A DNA stretch of 63,477 nt, the filler included, from Octopus bimaculoides (taxonomy: Eukaryota), in the NCBI RefSeq assembly GCF_001194135.2. It is 5 parts of 4 records of this genome, joined end to end, with 100 filler letters (N's around TTAATTAATTAA, not from the genome) between each part and the next. Parts side by side here need not be neighbours in the genome. Positions count along the whole stretch, not along the records: positions 13,135 to 39,052 come from NC_068981.1; positions 39,153 to 55,145 come from NC_068985.1; 3 more parts are not named here. The stretch is one strand, 5' to 3'. The notes under the pieces were generated by a model, which was not told where the DNA came from, searched no databases, and saw only the letters and a list, made by a program, of their open reading frames with translations. Positions 27,456 to 41,268 of the stretch are shown one piece after another. How positions within the stretch are numbered: position 1 is the first letter of the stretch; each line of letters begins with the position of its first letter. Made by a program: the position numbers and the translations under genes.

Positions 27456-28705
27456 AAATGATTCTATTGAACATTTATTTTACTGGATAACAAAGGAATA
27501 TTGCTGTGATTCACCTGAAATTTAACTTGCCAGTGGAACACAGCTATTTCTAAATTCAATTTATTTGTGTATTTCTTTAAATATTCAATGCTTTAGTATC
27601 ATCCTTGACATGTTTTCATTTTTATTTATGCATATTTCTATCAGTTGTTAAAAATAGCTGAACTAGCATGAAGTTTTCTTTTAATTTGTTTTTAAGGCAT
27701 TAGTCTGGAGGAAGGTGACTGTGCTGATAGCCTTTGCAGGCTCTCTAAAATCAATGCAGTTGATGTTTCTCTTCAATAGCAGCCAGTTGACCAATGGAGA
27801 AAAAATAGGGATGGAAAAGGAATTTTAGAGGGTCCATATTCTTAGGAGGAAGATTTGGGCACAGCAGTTAGTGTGAGGCTTAGGGACCACTCTATATAGA
27901 GAAAAGTGGATAGGGGAGGTCTAGAAGAATGTGCCAAGAGACCAACCAGCTTTGGAAAACAGAAGACACTGTAGTATAAATAGAAAAGGTAGAGGGAGGG
28001 AACAATGTTTGTAGGCCAGAGTTGATGAGGGAGGAGACATCTTATATATATGTGTGGGTGTGTGTATAACATACACACACACACACACTGGATATTAGAG
28101 TGTAATCTTCATTATTTTACTATTTGTCCATTCTTTAGTTGGTGTTAAAAATAGCATCTGTTCATCAATAACAAGAGCTTTCATACAAATAATGCTAAAA
28201 CACGTTTACAAACTTGAAAATATGACACACGTTGCTTTGAACATAAACCTTATCACATGAATGACTAGAAAACAATAACGTGAAGGAAGGTTTGAGCAGT
28301 ACAGCTGTGGCTGCACTTCTCTTCTGCTGCTTCTAATCAGGAGTATGTTGATGATATGTAATATATTTAATTGGCTACTTCGTTTTTGTATCAATAATTT
28401 ACTAAAAATATTAAATATTTTGCAAAATAATTTTGTTATTAACATGTGAGACTTGGTGAAAGGATAATATTCTGTCTTTGAATATTGATGTATTTTTCTC
28501 GAGTAATGTTCTTTACTTCTTTAAGGTAAACCTTAGGAAAGCATTTGCACTTACCATTGAATTAAATTTTCAATTCAGGTGTTATAATGAAGTTAGAGCA
28601 TTTCCAAATGCAAAGATTTGTAAATATAATCAAATATTTTGTGTGTGCATGCACACACACACACACACACACACACCATCATCATCATCATCATTTTAAT
28701 ATCTT

Positions 28706-29130
28706 ATGCTGGCAGAAACGTTAGCACGTCGGGCAAAATGCTTAGCAATATTTTGTCTTTATGTTCTGAGTTCAATTTCCGCTGAGGTCGACCTTGCCTT
28801 TCATCCTTTCAGGGGTCAATAAATTAAGTACTAGTTGCGTCCTGGGTTCGATCTAATCGACTGGCCCTCTTACCCACAAATTTCAGGCCTTGTGCCTGGA
28901 GTAAAAAAGAATATTAAGGCAGTGATCTGGCAGAAATGTTAGCACGCTGGGTGAAATGCTTAACGGTATTTCGTCTATCTTCACGTTCTGAGCTCAAATT
29001 CTGCCAAGGTCAACTTCACCTTTCATCCTTTTGGGGTCGATAAATTAAGTACCAGTTGCATACTCAGGTCGATCTGATTGACTGGCCCCCTCCTCCAAAA
29101 TTTCAGGCTTTGTACCTAGAGTAGAAAAGA
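28706..29130 (+). mobile_element. Two head-to-tail SINE family 2 copies
   Basis: Copies at about 28706-28912 and 28917-29130, both ending gtagaaaagaatat-like. Confidence 0.88.
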
Positions 29131-29810
29131 ATATCTATACTTGCATAGGCTGGGCATAATTTATTGAAGTAGATTTTCGATAGCCGGGTGCTCTACCTGT
29201 TACCAACCCTCATCTCTCTCCATGCAAAGTAATATTTCTACATAGCCAGACATGTTTTTGCAGAATATTGGAAATGAATGACACAGCTTGTATGACTGTG
29301 ACACTCATTTATAAATATCCTGCAATGCCAAGACAAAGGGACCCAGAAGCACATCCATACAATAGGATTTTTCCAGTATCTGTTTATCAAATCCACTTAT
29401 GAGGCTTTGATAAGCCCTAAGGCTATACTATAGCATACTCACCAAAGCTGTGCACTTAATGTGACTTACTGCAATCTTTCATGCCTCTGTCTGTCTATCT
29501 TTCATACTCCTCACTCTGTAATGTGATTGATGTTGATAAGACTATCTCGCCATAGAAACGAAGCTCAACATTATGCTTCCTAGTGAGATGTAGTCTTGTA
29601 GCAAATCTAGGTGAGCAGTGCACCTGAATATGTGCTGAGTCAGGCCTTGGTGATCTACCCAACCTATGCTAGCATGGAAAGCAAACATAAAACAGAGATG
29701 ATAGCAATAATATGTATTACACATTCAGCCACACATGAAAAGAGAGAAAACTATGTTTGCAGACTGAATGCTATACAGGCAACTAGAATGCTGAGATCAA
29801 TGATATCAGC

Positions 29811-29813
<3 letters not shown>

Positions 29814-29888
<75 letters not shown>
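29814..29888. repeat. (TG)n microsatellite
   Basis: About 37 units; one of many CA/TG, TA, ATC, TAT and GA tracts in the window. Confidence 0.98.
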
Positions 29889-29889
<1 letters not shown>

Positions 29890-30394
29890 ACATGTGCAAT
29901 TGTTTGCGTATGAGACAGACTGGCAGATTCTATACTTATTAGAAGTAAGAGATGATGAGTTCACTTCAGAAATATCCGTTTCTTTCTTCTTTACTGATAT
30001 AACTTGACTTTATTTGTAGTTTTCTGAATTGGTCTAATGCATATCATTGCTTATTTCCTTAAACTTCAAGAACTCAAATAAGAATTTCAAGAATTCTTCA
30101 AATATACTTCATCTTGCAGTTATATCTACCGAGATTTGAAATAAAGCTTCTGACTGAATCTGATCTAAATGATGTAGATTAATGCTGAAATATGCTTTAA
30201 AAGTCATTGGAGATGTTGATTTCTTGTGTTGTGTTGAATTCTTAGGAATAATTCTTAGTTACAAAACTGAAATCAAAGCATGAAGTGACATACAGTTTCT
30301 CTATACTTCCATCAGGACTTTAAGAATTCTTTACTTTAAATTTCCTTAAAAAATGCTTGTGTGGATGTGTGTGTGTATATATATATATACATAC

Positions 30395-30458
<64 letters not shown>

Positions 30459-32044
30459 AATATGTAACATATATGTAATATGTATCTGTAATATGTAATT
30501 ATATATACATATGTGTGTAATATATATATATATATATATTGTGGTGTGATTCTACACTTTTTACCAATCATCTTCAGTTGATTCTGAAAGGTATTTTTCA
30601 TTCATCATACTTCAACATTAATAATACTAACTTTACACTACTACTTCTTTTCTCCTTATATTAACAAAGCAAAAATTATAATAATAGTTTGTTTTTTTTT
30701 GTTCTAACATGTTGAATTTATTTTGATGCAGTCTAACTAAATTAATTTCTTGTTTGTTAGGCAATGTGCAGATAATTAGAAAGGAAATAATAAAATTTAT
30801 ATTTCTTGTCAACTTTCCTTAATTATTTAATAATAGGGAAAACAAAGATGAGGACGATTTCAACTTTTTGTACGTCATAAAATTAATGTATAGAAAATTA
30901 TTTAATTTCACTTACTAAATTATCATAAAATATTTGAATGTATAAATTGTATTTTGTATTCTGCTGATGAATTTTAATAATTAGTTTTCTATTGATATTT
31001 TGCATTAAACTTATCAACGAAGTTCTTAATTATCATGCATTTTAACAAGAAACAGTTTTTCATATAAGTATGAAATTGAAGCAAGAATTAAAATTTATGT
31101 CCAAATCCCTCATTTTGCAATTATGCTTCTCATTTCTGGTTAGTGTTGTGTTGACAATATCAGTTTCAGTGGAGCTAATTAATATTTTTGATTTACTTTT
31201 TGGGACTGGAGAAAGAGGAAGCACCCATGGCCTTTGCAGATCCTATAAGAACAATGACATTAATACAATTCATGTTATTTTTGAACTTCTGCAAGTTGTC
31301 ACATGCAGGAAAGACCTGATCAGAGAGAGAATCTCAGGGGGTCAATATTTTGGGAAAGAAGGACTGGGTGTAGTGATTAGTGAGAGGTTAAGGAGGAGGT
31401 GGACATAGCTAGGATGATGATGAGGAGGAGGAGAGAAACAAGGAGCAATGGCTATTATAGTACTGGTATCCCTTATCCTTCAACCACTGTCTGTTGTGGC
31501 CATGTAGGCCCCAAGTGGCAGGTGAGATAATCTTGCCCTCTTGCTCTTGTCCATTGTGTCACCCTGATTGTCCATCTTTTGTACTTCAATCATGCATTGC
31601 GGCCAATTCATCTATATTTATATTATTTACATGAATTGCTACCCTCTCATCACCACTTTTCTTCAGTGCCCCCTTGGAACTTTTCACAGCCCCCAAGGAG
31701 GCAATACTTCCCATTTTGAGAACCACTGCTTTAAATTATGTTGCTCCAGTTCACCCAATTGGCAAAAATGGGTAGTAAACTAGTTGAATAAACTGTCAAA
31801 TGAAACCCTGCCACGCCCTGTTCCTGTTATAGTGGGAATAGCTTAAATGTCATCTCTGCTGGATTCCAACTAAAGCTGTAATGAACAACACACATAAAAA
31901 AGAAGGTAAAATACTAAAATTAGACACCTGACCACATTGCAGCTTTGTAATCAAGTGTGTTTAGGACTCATGGCTAATAATGTACCCCAAAGCTGTTGTT
32001 TACTTTTGTTTTTAATTGAAAGACAAAAAACAAAAAAAAGGGCT

Positions 32045-32345
32045 TCAAAAGTCCACAGCTCTTCAATATCCTCCCGAAGGACCTGAGAGACCTGCATGCG
32101 GTGGATGTAGGTGTCTTCAAGACAAGGCTGGACCACTTCCTGTCAGGTGTCCCAGATGAACCAACTTCACGGCAGGAGGTGCAGATGAGAGCAGCTGCAT
32201 CAAACTCTCTCATGCACCAAATGTCAATTCCTGAAGTAAAATTCGTGAAGTAAAATTGTGTAGCAACACAAAATGGTGGTGCCCCAACACGGCCACAGCT
32301 CATGAGCTGAAACTGGATAAAATGAAAATGAAATAAAATGAAATG
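32045..32345 (+). mobile_element. 3' end of a CR1/L2-type LINE with (AAATG)n tail
   Basis: PQLFNILPKDLRDLHAVDVGVFKTRLDHFLSGVPDEPT...RAAASNSL, then an aaatg repeat. Confidence 0.8.
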
Positions 32346-34772
32346 ATCATGTGATGAACCCAGAGCTTTGTCTTGTAAGTGAGCAAGGCTTAGACTATTT
32401 GCAGTTGAAGAAATTATTGATGATATTTATTCTTTGGACAAAGGGTTTACACCTACACCAGCAATGAGAATGTTTTGGACAATCAAACTGGTGAAAGTGA
32501 TGAGGAAAGTAGCGGTTTCTGTGAACGAATATGGTAGTTGAGAGACAGGCTTGTGATTTTTATTCTCCTGATTTTTTTTTTCTTTTTGTGTGATTCTGTT
32601 CATTAGTTTACCTGCAATCATTACTCGAGGCGTGTAAGCAACAGTCTATTTTTTTGGTTCAGGAACCCAGGTAGAAGTTAAATTTAGATGCTGGGGCCCA
32701 AGTCAGAGAGGGTTAATAACCACCAGGCTATAGATTATGATACAATGTCAAAGCCTTCAATCAATCAATAAATACTTGATAGAGAGACTTGATCTCGACA
32801 AGGAACTTTTCTTACAGCTGTTTCATTATAAAGGGAGCATCAGGAGTAATGTGGTCTGCTGATCTGGGATCATCCCAAATTCTATCAGCTTGCTACTCCT
32901 GAAGTCATTATTTTACAGAACATCTCCTCTGCCCATGTTACAGTTGATAATATACTACTATACCGGTCATTTGGAATGACAGCTCGGTTGTAACCATCCT
33001 ATAAAATTCAAAGTAACATTTAGATTGAGTTGCTGGTAACTATTCTGTTGTCGTTTCTTTAGAGAAATGACAAAAGTGAAAAACACTTTGTAGAGCTGTC
33101 ATTAGTGAAATTCACATCAAGATGATGACTGTAATCAGATACTTTGCATTGGAACTAATCAAATTTTTAATTATTTTTGCATTTAGGGAGAAGAAAATAT
33201 TTTTGTGTGAATTCAAAATGTCATAAAATACATTACAAAATGATTTTTTAAGAAAATTATTTCTGTAGCCTTAGATTGTTTCTGACAGCAATAAAAGATT
33301 TTTGTGGCTAAGATTTTCATTTCACAACTACAAGGTTCTGAGTTCAATCTCACTGCATAGCATCTTAGACATGTCTCTTCTGTTGTGCTTCAAGATGACT
33401 GATACCTTGTGAGTGGGATTGTATGCATGCATGTTTGTGCATGTTTGTGCATGTTCATATCCCTGTTTATTAGTATAAGCATGTCCAAACATTGACTTAT
33501 CAGTTCAAGAAAAAGAGATCAATAAAATAAATACCGGCCTCAAATAACTCCTGATCGACTAAAATATTTGAAGTGGGGTCCCAGCAGGACACATTCCAAT
33601 TGTGGAAACGAATAAAGATTGTCATTGCACCTAACTTCTGAATGCCATTTGTTAAACTTCACAAAAAAAAAAAAAAAAAATCAAAGTTACTTGTGATATT
33701 TTATATTTTATAACCATTTCTTTTGGTAGAAAAATTCTCAATTTTCTTTCTTTATTTTAACTTTCTTTTATCTCTAAACTCTTTTACTTCTAGATATTAC
33801 CAACTCTATTGTTCTAGATCAGTTCAGTTTTCTTTCTTTCTTTTTTGTTTTTTACTTTCCTTTCAAGTTTCATTTAAGAACAAATTGCTAAGGGTTTACT
33901 TTTATATTATAATAATCATTTTTCCTTTAGAAACTCAATGAAACTAATACAATGGGTGTCTGATATTTTCTATAGGCCAGGTACAGTTTTCTTATTTTTA
34001 AGTAAATAGTAAGTACCGTAAAGTTAGTTAAAATATATTCATACTGAGAGTGATTGTTCAACAAAAACTTATACAAGACATTGTAATTCAGAAACATTCT
34101 AGACTGCAGTTAGTATAACAAAAACTTTACAGTATTTTTTAAAGAAAGATGTNNNNNNNNNNNNNNNNNNNNNNNNNNNNNNNNNNNNNNNNNNNNNNNN
34201 NNNNNNNNNNNNNNNNNNNNNNNNNNNNNNNNNNNNNNNNNNNNNNNNNNNNNNNNNNNNNNNNNNNNNNNNNNNNNNNNNNNNNNNNNNNNNNNNNNNN
34301 NNNNNNNNNNNNNNNNNNNNNNNNNNNNNNNNNNNNNNNNNNNNNNNNNNNNNNNNNNNNNNNNNNNNNNNNNNNNNNNNNNNNNNNNNNNNNNNNNNNN
34401 NNNNNNNNNNNNNNNNNNNNNNNNNNNNNNNNNNNNNNNNNNNNNNNNNNNNNNNNNNNNNNNNNNNNNNNNNNNNNNNNNNNNNNNNNNNNNNNNNNNN
34501 NNNNNNNNNNNNNNNNNNNNNNNNNNNNNNNNNNNNNNNNNNNNNNNNNNNNNNNNNNNNNNNNNNNNNNNNNNNNNNNNNNNNNNNNNNNNNNNNNNNN
34601 NNNNNNNNNNNNNNNNNNNNNNNNNNNNNNNNNNNNNNNNNNNNNNNNNNNNNNNNNNNNNNNNNNNNNNNNNNNNNNNNNNNNNNNNNNNNNNNNNNNN
34701 NNNNNNNNNNNNNNNNNNNNNNNNNNNNNNNNNNNNNNNNNNNNNNNNNNNNNNNNNNNNNNNNNNNNNNNN

Positions 34773-34805
<33 letters not shown>

Positions 34806-35819
34806 CATACATATATATGTATATATATATATAAGCAATCCATTTTGCTTTGATAATAGAAAAATTGTTGATAACCTGATCTTCATTCGTGCAAAATGAT
34901 AATGGTAGCAAGATGCAAACTTCTTTTCCTGTTATATCATCTTATCTGGGTACCTTAGTACACAACTGTTTTGTCTTCTGAAATTTCATTTGTGCAGAGA
35001 GATGGCTCTAACAGCTTTCCCTAATATGCAAAGGATTACTCATAGCTATTTGAAAGAACAAATTTTCTTGTATAGAAGTTGGAATATCTAAGAATAGCAG
35101 ATAAGCAGACTCACCTACCTACCTGGCAGTTTTTATAATCTACTAAAAACTTATACCATACTAATGATGGTGATAACAATGATAGACATATTGAGATAGT
35201 ATGTATTCTTGATTTCCTAAAACAATGTAATAGACATGATTATTCTCATGGTAAATACGACTGCTGTAAATAACAATGCTGAAGACTGTAATGTGGGTGA
35301 TATATTAACAAAGATATGAAATAAATTTTAAGACAACTTTGTTAAATATCGAATTCTCAATGTGACTATTGAAAGAAAGACATATTTCGCATGTTAAGAG
35401 TTGGCATATTATATCTCAAAGTGAATAATATCAGAATTAATGACAGATATTTTAATGTGTTTAGCAGCACTGGAAAGTTGCTGCTTTTAGCAACTTTCAC
35501 GAATAATTCTCATTACAGTCAACTTCATAGCTGTATTAAAAGAATGAAAAAGAATAAGGTAACATAAAAGATAAAAAAAAAAGAAGGGAGATACGAACAA
35601 TGTACTGAAGGCAGGTGTTGAAAGTTGCAGAATGAGTGTGTTAATATGATATTGTAAAGTTACAACATTGCAAATGTAAGGAAAGGTAGCTTTGAGTGAC
35701 GTTTACAGAGGAAATTTATTGCAAATTGTTAATGGTTGGATTTTGGTATTCAAAGACTGTTTAATAGTGTCAAAGATTGGAAACTGGCAGGGTAAATGTA
35801 ACTTTGGGCTGAAAATTTA

Positions 35820-36138
35820 TTCTCTCCACAAGTATTTCGACTATGAGCGAGATCGTTGCCAGTGCCGCTGGACTGGCTCCTGTGCAGGTGGCACATAAAA
35901 TACACCATTTTGAGCGTGGCCATTGCCAGAACCGCCTGACTGGCCTTCGTGTTGGTGGCATGTAAAAGTACCCACTACACTCTCGGAGTGGTTGGTGTTA
36001 GGAAGGACATCCAGCTGCAGAAACTCTGCCAAATCAGATTGGAGCCTGATGTAGCCATCTGGTTTCACCAGTCCTCAGTCAAATCGTCCAACCCATGCTA
36101 GCATGGAAAGCGGACGTTAAACGATGATGATGATGATT
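35820..36138 (+). mobile_element. RTE 3' UTR copy
   Basis: Family consensus with (GAT)n tail. Confidence 0.88.
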
Positions 36139-36408
36139 TTGCATTTAAATTACAATTGTGAAATCCCTATATTATCAACTTTCCTAAAACTGCTTCTGGT
36201 CCTATGATACAAACTCCTTGTTTTAAAATGATCTTAATTAAAGCCTTCCATCAAAGTTTTATACTAATTTATGTTTCAAACACCAACGTAATAATGACAA
36301 AATTATTTTTAATAATTCTTTTATTTTTTCAAGATTAATTGTAACAAATAACTGCTTTTCAACAGAAATATAGTAACAAAAAAAAAAGTGTTAAATGAGA
36401 CAATGCTT

Positions 36409-36640
36409 TTAACCCTTTAGCATGTAAACCAGCCACATCTGGCCCAAATGTTCTACCTGTTTTACATTCAGACTGGCCAGACTTGGCCTCTCACATTTAT
36501 TTACCCTACAATGTCATTCTAAAAATAAACAACCACATTATTGAAATTTAAAACCAATGAGATAAAACATAATTAATTCAAAGCAATATGAATAAATAAG
36601 CTTTACATTTGATAGAGTGGTCTGAATGGTGAAGGGTTAA
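36409..36640. mobile_element. TTAA-target MITE, family B
   Basis: TTAA-CCCTTTAGCA...GAAGGG-TTAA; related copies at 38087-38284 (reversed) and 44790-45419 (interrupted by a SINE). Confidence 0.78.
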
Positions 36641-37868
36641 AGTAATCTTCTTCTCAGCAAAATAAAGTAGAATTATAAAAGATTATCAAGAAAATAAAAC
36701 ATGATTTTGGTTTTAATTTTGAATATTTTAGAGAAATCTAGACAAGCTACTAATAAAGATGTTAATTTTATAGCCAGAATATATTTTCTGAAAATATTTA
36801 GATCTACTTATGCAGGTAAATTGAACATTTCAAATAATTTAATTCGCATTTATGCAAAATAGTCTTTATTATCACTATTATTTCTAAAGTAGTATTAATC
36901 TGTTGATATTGTCAAAATGGGAAAGCTTTCCATCATTCCAGTGATATTATTCTTACTAATAACAATAAAAATAAAGAAATAACAGTAAGAATTAAGAATA
37001 TGCAAATATTTAATAAACTTATGGCTCATAACAATCTATTCATATAGATTATTTATCAGAATAGTCAATATGTCTCATATATAATAGGTTTTCTTAGTTT
37101 GAGAGAAACAAAATCTAATTTTAATTCTGAGGTGTAACTATTGTTGATAAATAACAGATTGCCATAGAATCTAATGACCAGTGTTCAATAATGTGACAGT
37201 CATCATCATTATCATCATCATTTAATGCCCATTTTCTATGCTGGCATGGGTTGGATGGTTTGACAGGAGCTAGTAAGGCCAAGAGCTACATGGGTTCCAT
37301 TGTCTGTTTCAGTATGGTTTCAACAGCTAGATGTCCTTCCTAGCCCCATCTACTTTACAGAGCATACTGGGTGCTTTTACATGGCAGCAGCCTCAATGCT
37401 TTTTAAGTGGCACCAATACCAGTGTTTTGTACATGGCACCAACACCAGTCTTTTTTTACATGACACCATTACCTATGCTTTTTATGTGGCACCATCACCA
37501 GTGCTTTTAATGGGGCATCATCAGAGTTGCTTTTCACGTGGCACCAGCACCATCAGAATAAACAATGTGTTGATAATTCCAGATACCATTTCAAAATGCA
37601 ATGGAGAAATATCTGTAGTACACATCTTGTATTATTAAGTGTTTGCAAAAATATCTCTGTGTTCTCTTTATTTGAAAATACCTTCAGTTGAACAGATATT
37701 TGTTTAAATAAAGTGAGGGTAGTGGTTCATTGTTGGTTCATTATCTGTAGGCACATATAATAGGGCCTTTTTGTATGAATTAATCAGAGGAGGCAGAGCA
37801 GTGCACACAGAATTTGCAGCCAGTTCTATCTTAGTGAGATTGATGGAGTTCATATTCAGTTCAAAGCT

Positions 37869-38090
37869 TTAACCCTTTCGTTACCAACCTGGCTGAAAAT
37901 GGCTCTGAGTACAAATGTCTTGTTTTCATAAGTTTTGAATTAAAATCTTCCATCAAACCTTAGTCACAATTTATGTTCCTAACACTAGCTGAATGATAAC
38001 TAAGTTATTTTACTAAATTCTTTGTTATATTTAAAGTAATTGAAAGAAACACAAAGCATCTCAAAATAAATACAGTAACGAAAGGGTTAA
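37869..38090. mobile_element. TTAA-target (piggyBac-type) MITE, family A
   Basis: TTAA-CCCTTTCGTTAC...GTAACGAAAGGG-TTAA; a second copy is at 54797-55026. Confidence 0.85.
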
Positions 38091-38599
38091 CATTCAGATT
38101 ACTTTGTTAAATGTAGAGCTTATTTATTCATATTGTTTTGAATTAATCATCGTTATTATAGTATCAAGATTTTCATAATGTGATATTGTAAGGTATGTGT
38201 GAGAGACCAGATCTGGCAGATTTCAACATAGAACAGGAAGAATATTTGGGCTGGATATGGCCAGTTTAAATGCTAAGGCATTAAACATCTGCAGATCAAC
38301 ATCTGTAGTGAAAAGAAGAGTAGGGAATCCCAGGGGATCAAGGTTTTGAGTATTTCTGACAATGCAGGAAATGACAAGCGGATGAGGAGAGATGAGTGGG
38401 CCTGGTGGGAGGAAGTTTACAAACTAACTGCTTCAAACGAGTGTAGGGCAGTGTAATAGCAATAGAAAGGAGCAGAAAGAAGAAATAATATGTTTATGAA
38501 CCAAATGTTGTAGTGTGCTTGTGAGTGAATGTTTGCCAATTGTTCAGCTTTCTTTTGGATGTGATCTTTTGGATGTGATTATTTTGGATGTATGAGGAG

Positions 38600-38760
38600 G
38601 TAGCAAGTAGCAACATCAATTACTGAGAGACATGTGTGTGCAGTATTCCATTGTGGATCTTACTTGAGTTTTATTCAGGATCAACAACTGATCAGGACTG
38701 AAACAGTTTTTAGTTCTGAAGTGGAAGCCTGCTCTTGAGATGTAATGCATTCCTTGCATT
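38600..38760 (-). mobile_element. LINE RT fragment (CR1-like)
   Basis: NCFSPDQLLILNKTQVRSTMEYCTH resembles the post-RT motif LYKTxVRPxLEY. Confidence 0.55.
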
Positions 38761-38762
38761 GA

Positions 38763-38799
<37 letters not shown>

Positions 38800-38804
38800 A
38801 TGTA

Positions 38805-38854
<50 letters not shown>

Positions 38855-39250
38855 CGTGCATGCGTGTCATTATTCCCATCATCATTATACATCAGTCTTT
38901 CATGATGGCAAGGGTTAGACGGTTTGACAGGATCTACAAAAACAGGACTGCATTGAGATCAAGTGTTTGTTTTAGCATTTAATCCTTTATCATTTAAATC
39001 GACCACAACCAGCCCAGATGTTTTACCTGTTATATGTTCAAACCAATCGGATNNNNNNNNNNNNNNNNNNNNNNNNNNNNNNNNNNNNNNNNNNNNTTAA
39101 TTAATTAANNNNNNNNNNNNNNNNNNNNNNNNNNNNNNNNNNNNNNNNNNNNATTCTTCCTCACATTTGGATTTTATGTATGCTCTCTCCCACTTGGATT
39201 TAATATGTTGCCACATTTATAATATGTCTTTTTTCTGCATTTTCGTGCAG

Positions 39251-39280
39251 CTGAAGATTGCTCTTCATATTGCATTTAAG
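39251..39280 (+). CDS. Candidate 30-nt microexon (LKIALHIAFK)
   Basis: Acceptor tgtctttttctgcattttcgtgcag and donor AAG|gtaatg. Length is a multiple of 3 and only phase 0 is open. Confidence 0.3.
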
Positions 39281-39386
39281 GTAATGCTCACATTACTTAA
39301 ATAAATTGAAGTAGCATGAAACGTGCGTACTGCAATCACTTTTGAAATCCGTGTTGCTTATTGTTTGATATATATATATATATATA

Positions 39387-39836
39387 TACAGGGTGTGATG
39401 GGTAAATTGTCACCATTTTATAGTTTTAATTTCGTGCATGTGCATTGTTTGTTTTTGATTTTGTCAACTACACAGTATAGTAGGGTCAGTTGGGCACCAT
39501 TTGTGAGAAAAACAGTACCATGACATAATTCACACTGACAGAAATTTGCAAATGACATGCTGTACTGCTTGGCATTCACACCAGAAGCTCCAATATGAAT
39601 AGATGGTGACCACTCAGAACAACCATTGGCTTGCTGTGTTCCCAAAACATGTACCAAGAGTGATAAAAAGCAAACTCCAGTCAACATCATGGTGTTTGGA
39701 GTGATTGCTAGTGATGGCGACGTTATGCCTCCATTCATCTTCCCACACAGCCCCATGCTCAACACAGAGGCCTACATCAAGTGCCTGGAAGAGGTAGTGC
39801 TGCCCTGGATCAAGAGGGTGGCTGCTGGAAAACCCT
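39387..39836 (+). mobile_element. Tc1/mariner (maT/DD37D-like) transposon fragment with left TIR
   Basis: Starts TA|CAGGGTG; encodes PVNIMVFGVIASDGDVMPPFIFP...NTEAYIKCLEEVVLPWIKRVAAGKP; internally deleted and truncated. Confidence 0.85.
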
Positions 39837-40889
39837 AAGTTACGGAGATGTAAACATGTTGTGGGGGGGACAAACACAGACACACAAAAAAATGTAGCCT
39901 GTCCAATGAGAAATAAATATCATTTAATATACACAGTACTTAAATATGAGCTACTAATAGTTTCATGCTATGAAAACACAATAATTCAGCCGATTTACAT
40001 AGCGTGCCTGGTGTCTCCAAGTAATCCATCACACTTGAATACATAACAGGAATGTTTTCAGAGTAACACACAGTTATTAATATCAGTGGAAGGAAATCAG
40101 TGAGAAAAAGAAAAATGTAAGAGTAAAACGCCATTCAGTCAAAAAGACAGATTATACTCAACATGTGACACGTGCACAAAGAAAACAATAAGAAAAGAAA
40201 TCACAAAAATTCAGAAAACTCAGGAAATACTATATGAGAAACACATACATACATTAAATACATATATCATCATCATCATCATTTAACGTCCGTTGGACAA
40301 TTTGACTGAGGACTGGCAAACTGGATGGCTACACCAGGCTCCAATCTGATTTGGCAGAGTTTCTACAGCTGGATGCCCTTCCTAACGTGGTGATTTATAG
40401 CTACAAAATAGTACTTACAACAAAGAGCTAATACCAAAGAGGACAGTCAGACAACACAACAAACAGATATATATACATATGTACGTACATTACATAAAAG
40501 ATAAAATTGATAAAATTAAGCAGCAATCATCATCATCATCTTTTAACATCTGCCTTCCATGCTGGCATAGGTTGGACGGTTTCACAGGAATTGGCCAAGC
40601 AGGAGCCTGCAGCAGACTTTTGTGTCTGTTTTGGTAAGATTTTTACAGCTAGATGCCCTTCCTAACACCATTTTAAATTGTGAGCAATGCCTGTTTGAAA
40701 TTTTAGGTCTAATAATGCTTGAACAGTGATTCACAGACCCTCTTCACTTTATGACAGGATCCAGAGACAAACCGAGACAGGATATCCAGTGCCAATTTGG
40801 GTCACAGGCTCAGGAATGTGAGACCAATATGATCTCAAGTGCAAGCAAAAGATTTCCAAAATATTCAATGCCATTCCGTTGGTAACAAT

Positions 40890-41268
40890 CATAGCACCAT
40901 TTGAGCGTGATCGTTACTAACGTTGCCCTCCTGGCACTTGTGCCAGTGGTATGTGAAAAGACATTCGAGCGAGTTCGTTGCCAGTACCGCTGGACTGGCT
41001 CCTGTGCAGGTGGCACGTAAACTACACCATTTCGAGCGTAGCTGTTGCCAGTACCTTCTGACTGGCCTTTGTGTCGGTGGCACGTAAAAGCACCCACTAC
41101 ACTCTCAGAGTGGTTGGCGTTAGGAAGGGCATCCAGCTGTAGAAATTCTGCCAGATCAGATTGGAGCCTGGTGCAGCCAATCTGGTTCACCAGTCTTCAT
41201 TCAAATCGTCCAACCCATGCTAGCATGGAAAGCGGACGTCAAACGATGATGATGATGATGATGATGAT
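40890..41268 (+). mobile_element. RTE 3' UTR copy
   Basis: Family consensus with internal repeat units and (GAT)n tail. Confidence 0.88.

Noticed and set aside
30118-30182. Serpin-like peptide LYLPRFEIKLLTESDLNDVD after an AG
   Set aside because: It hits a stop immediately, there are no other serpin exons and no donor; probably chance.
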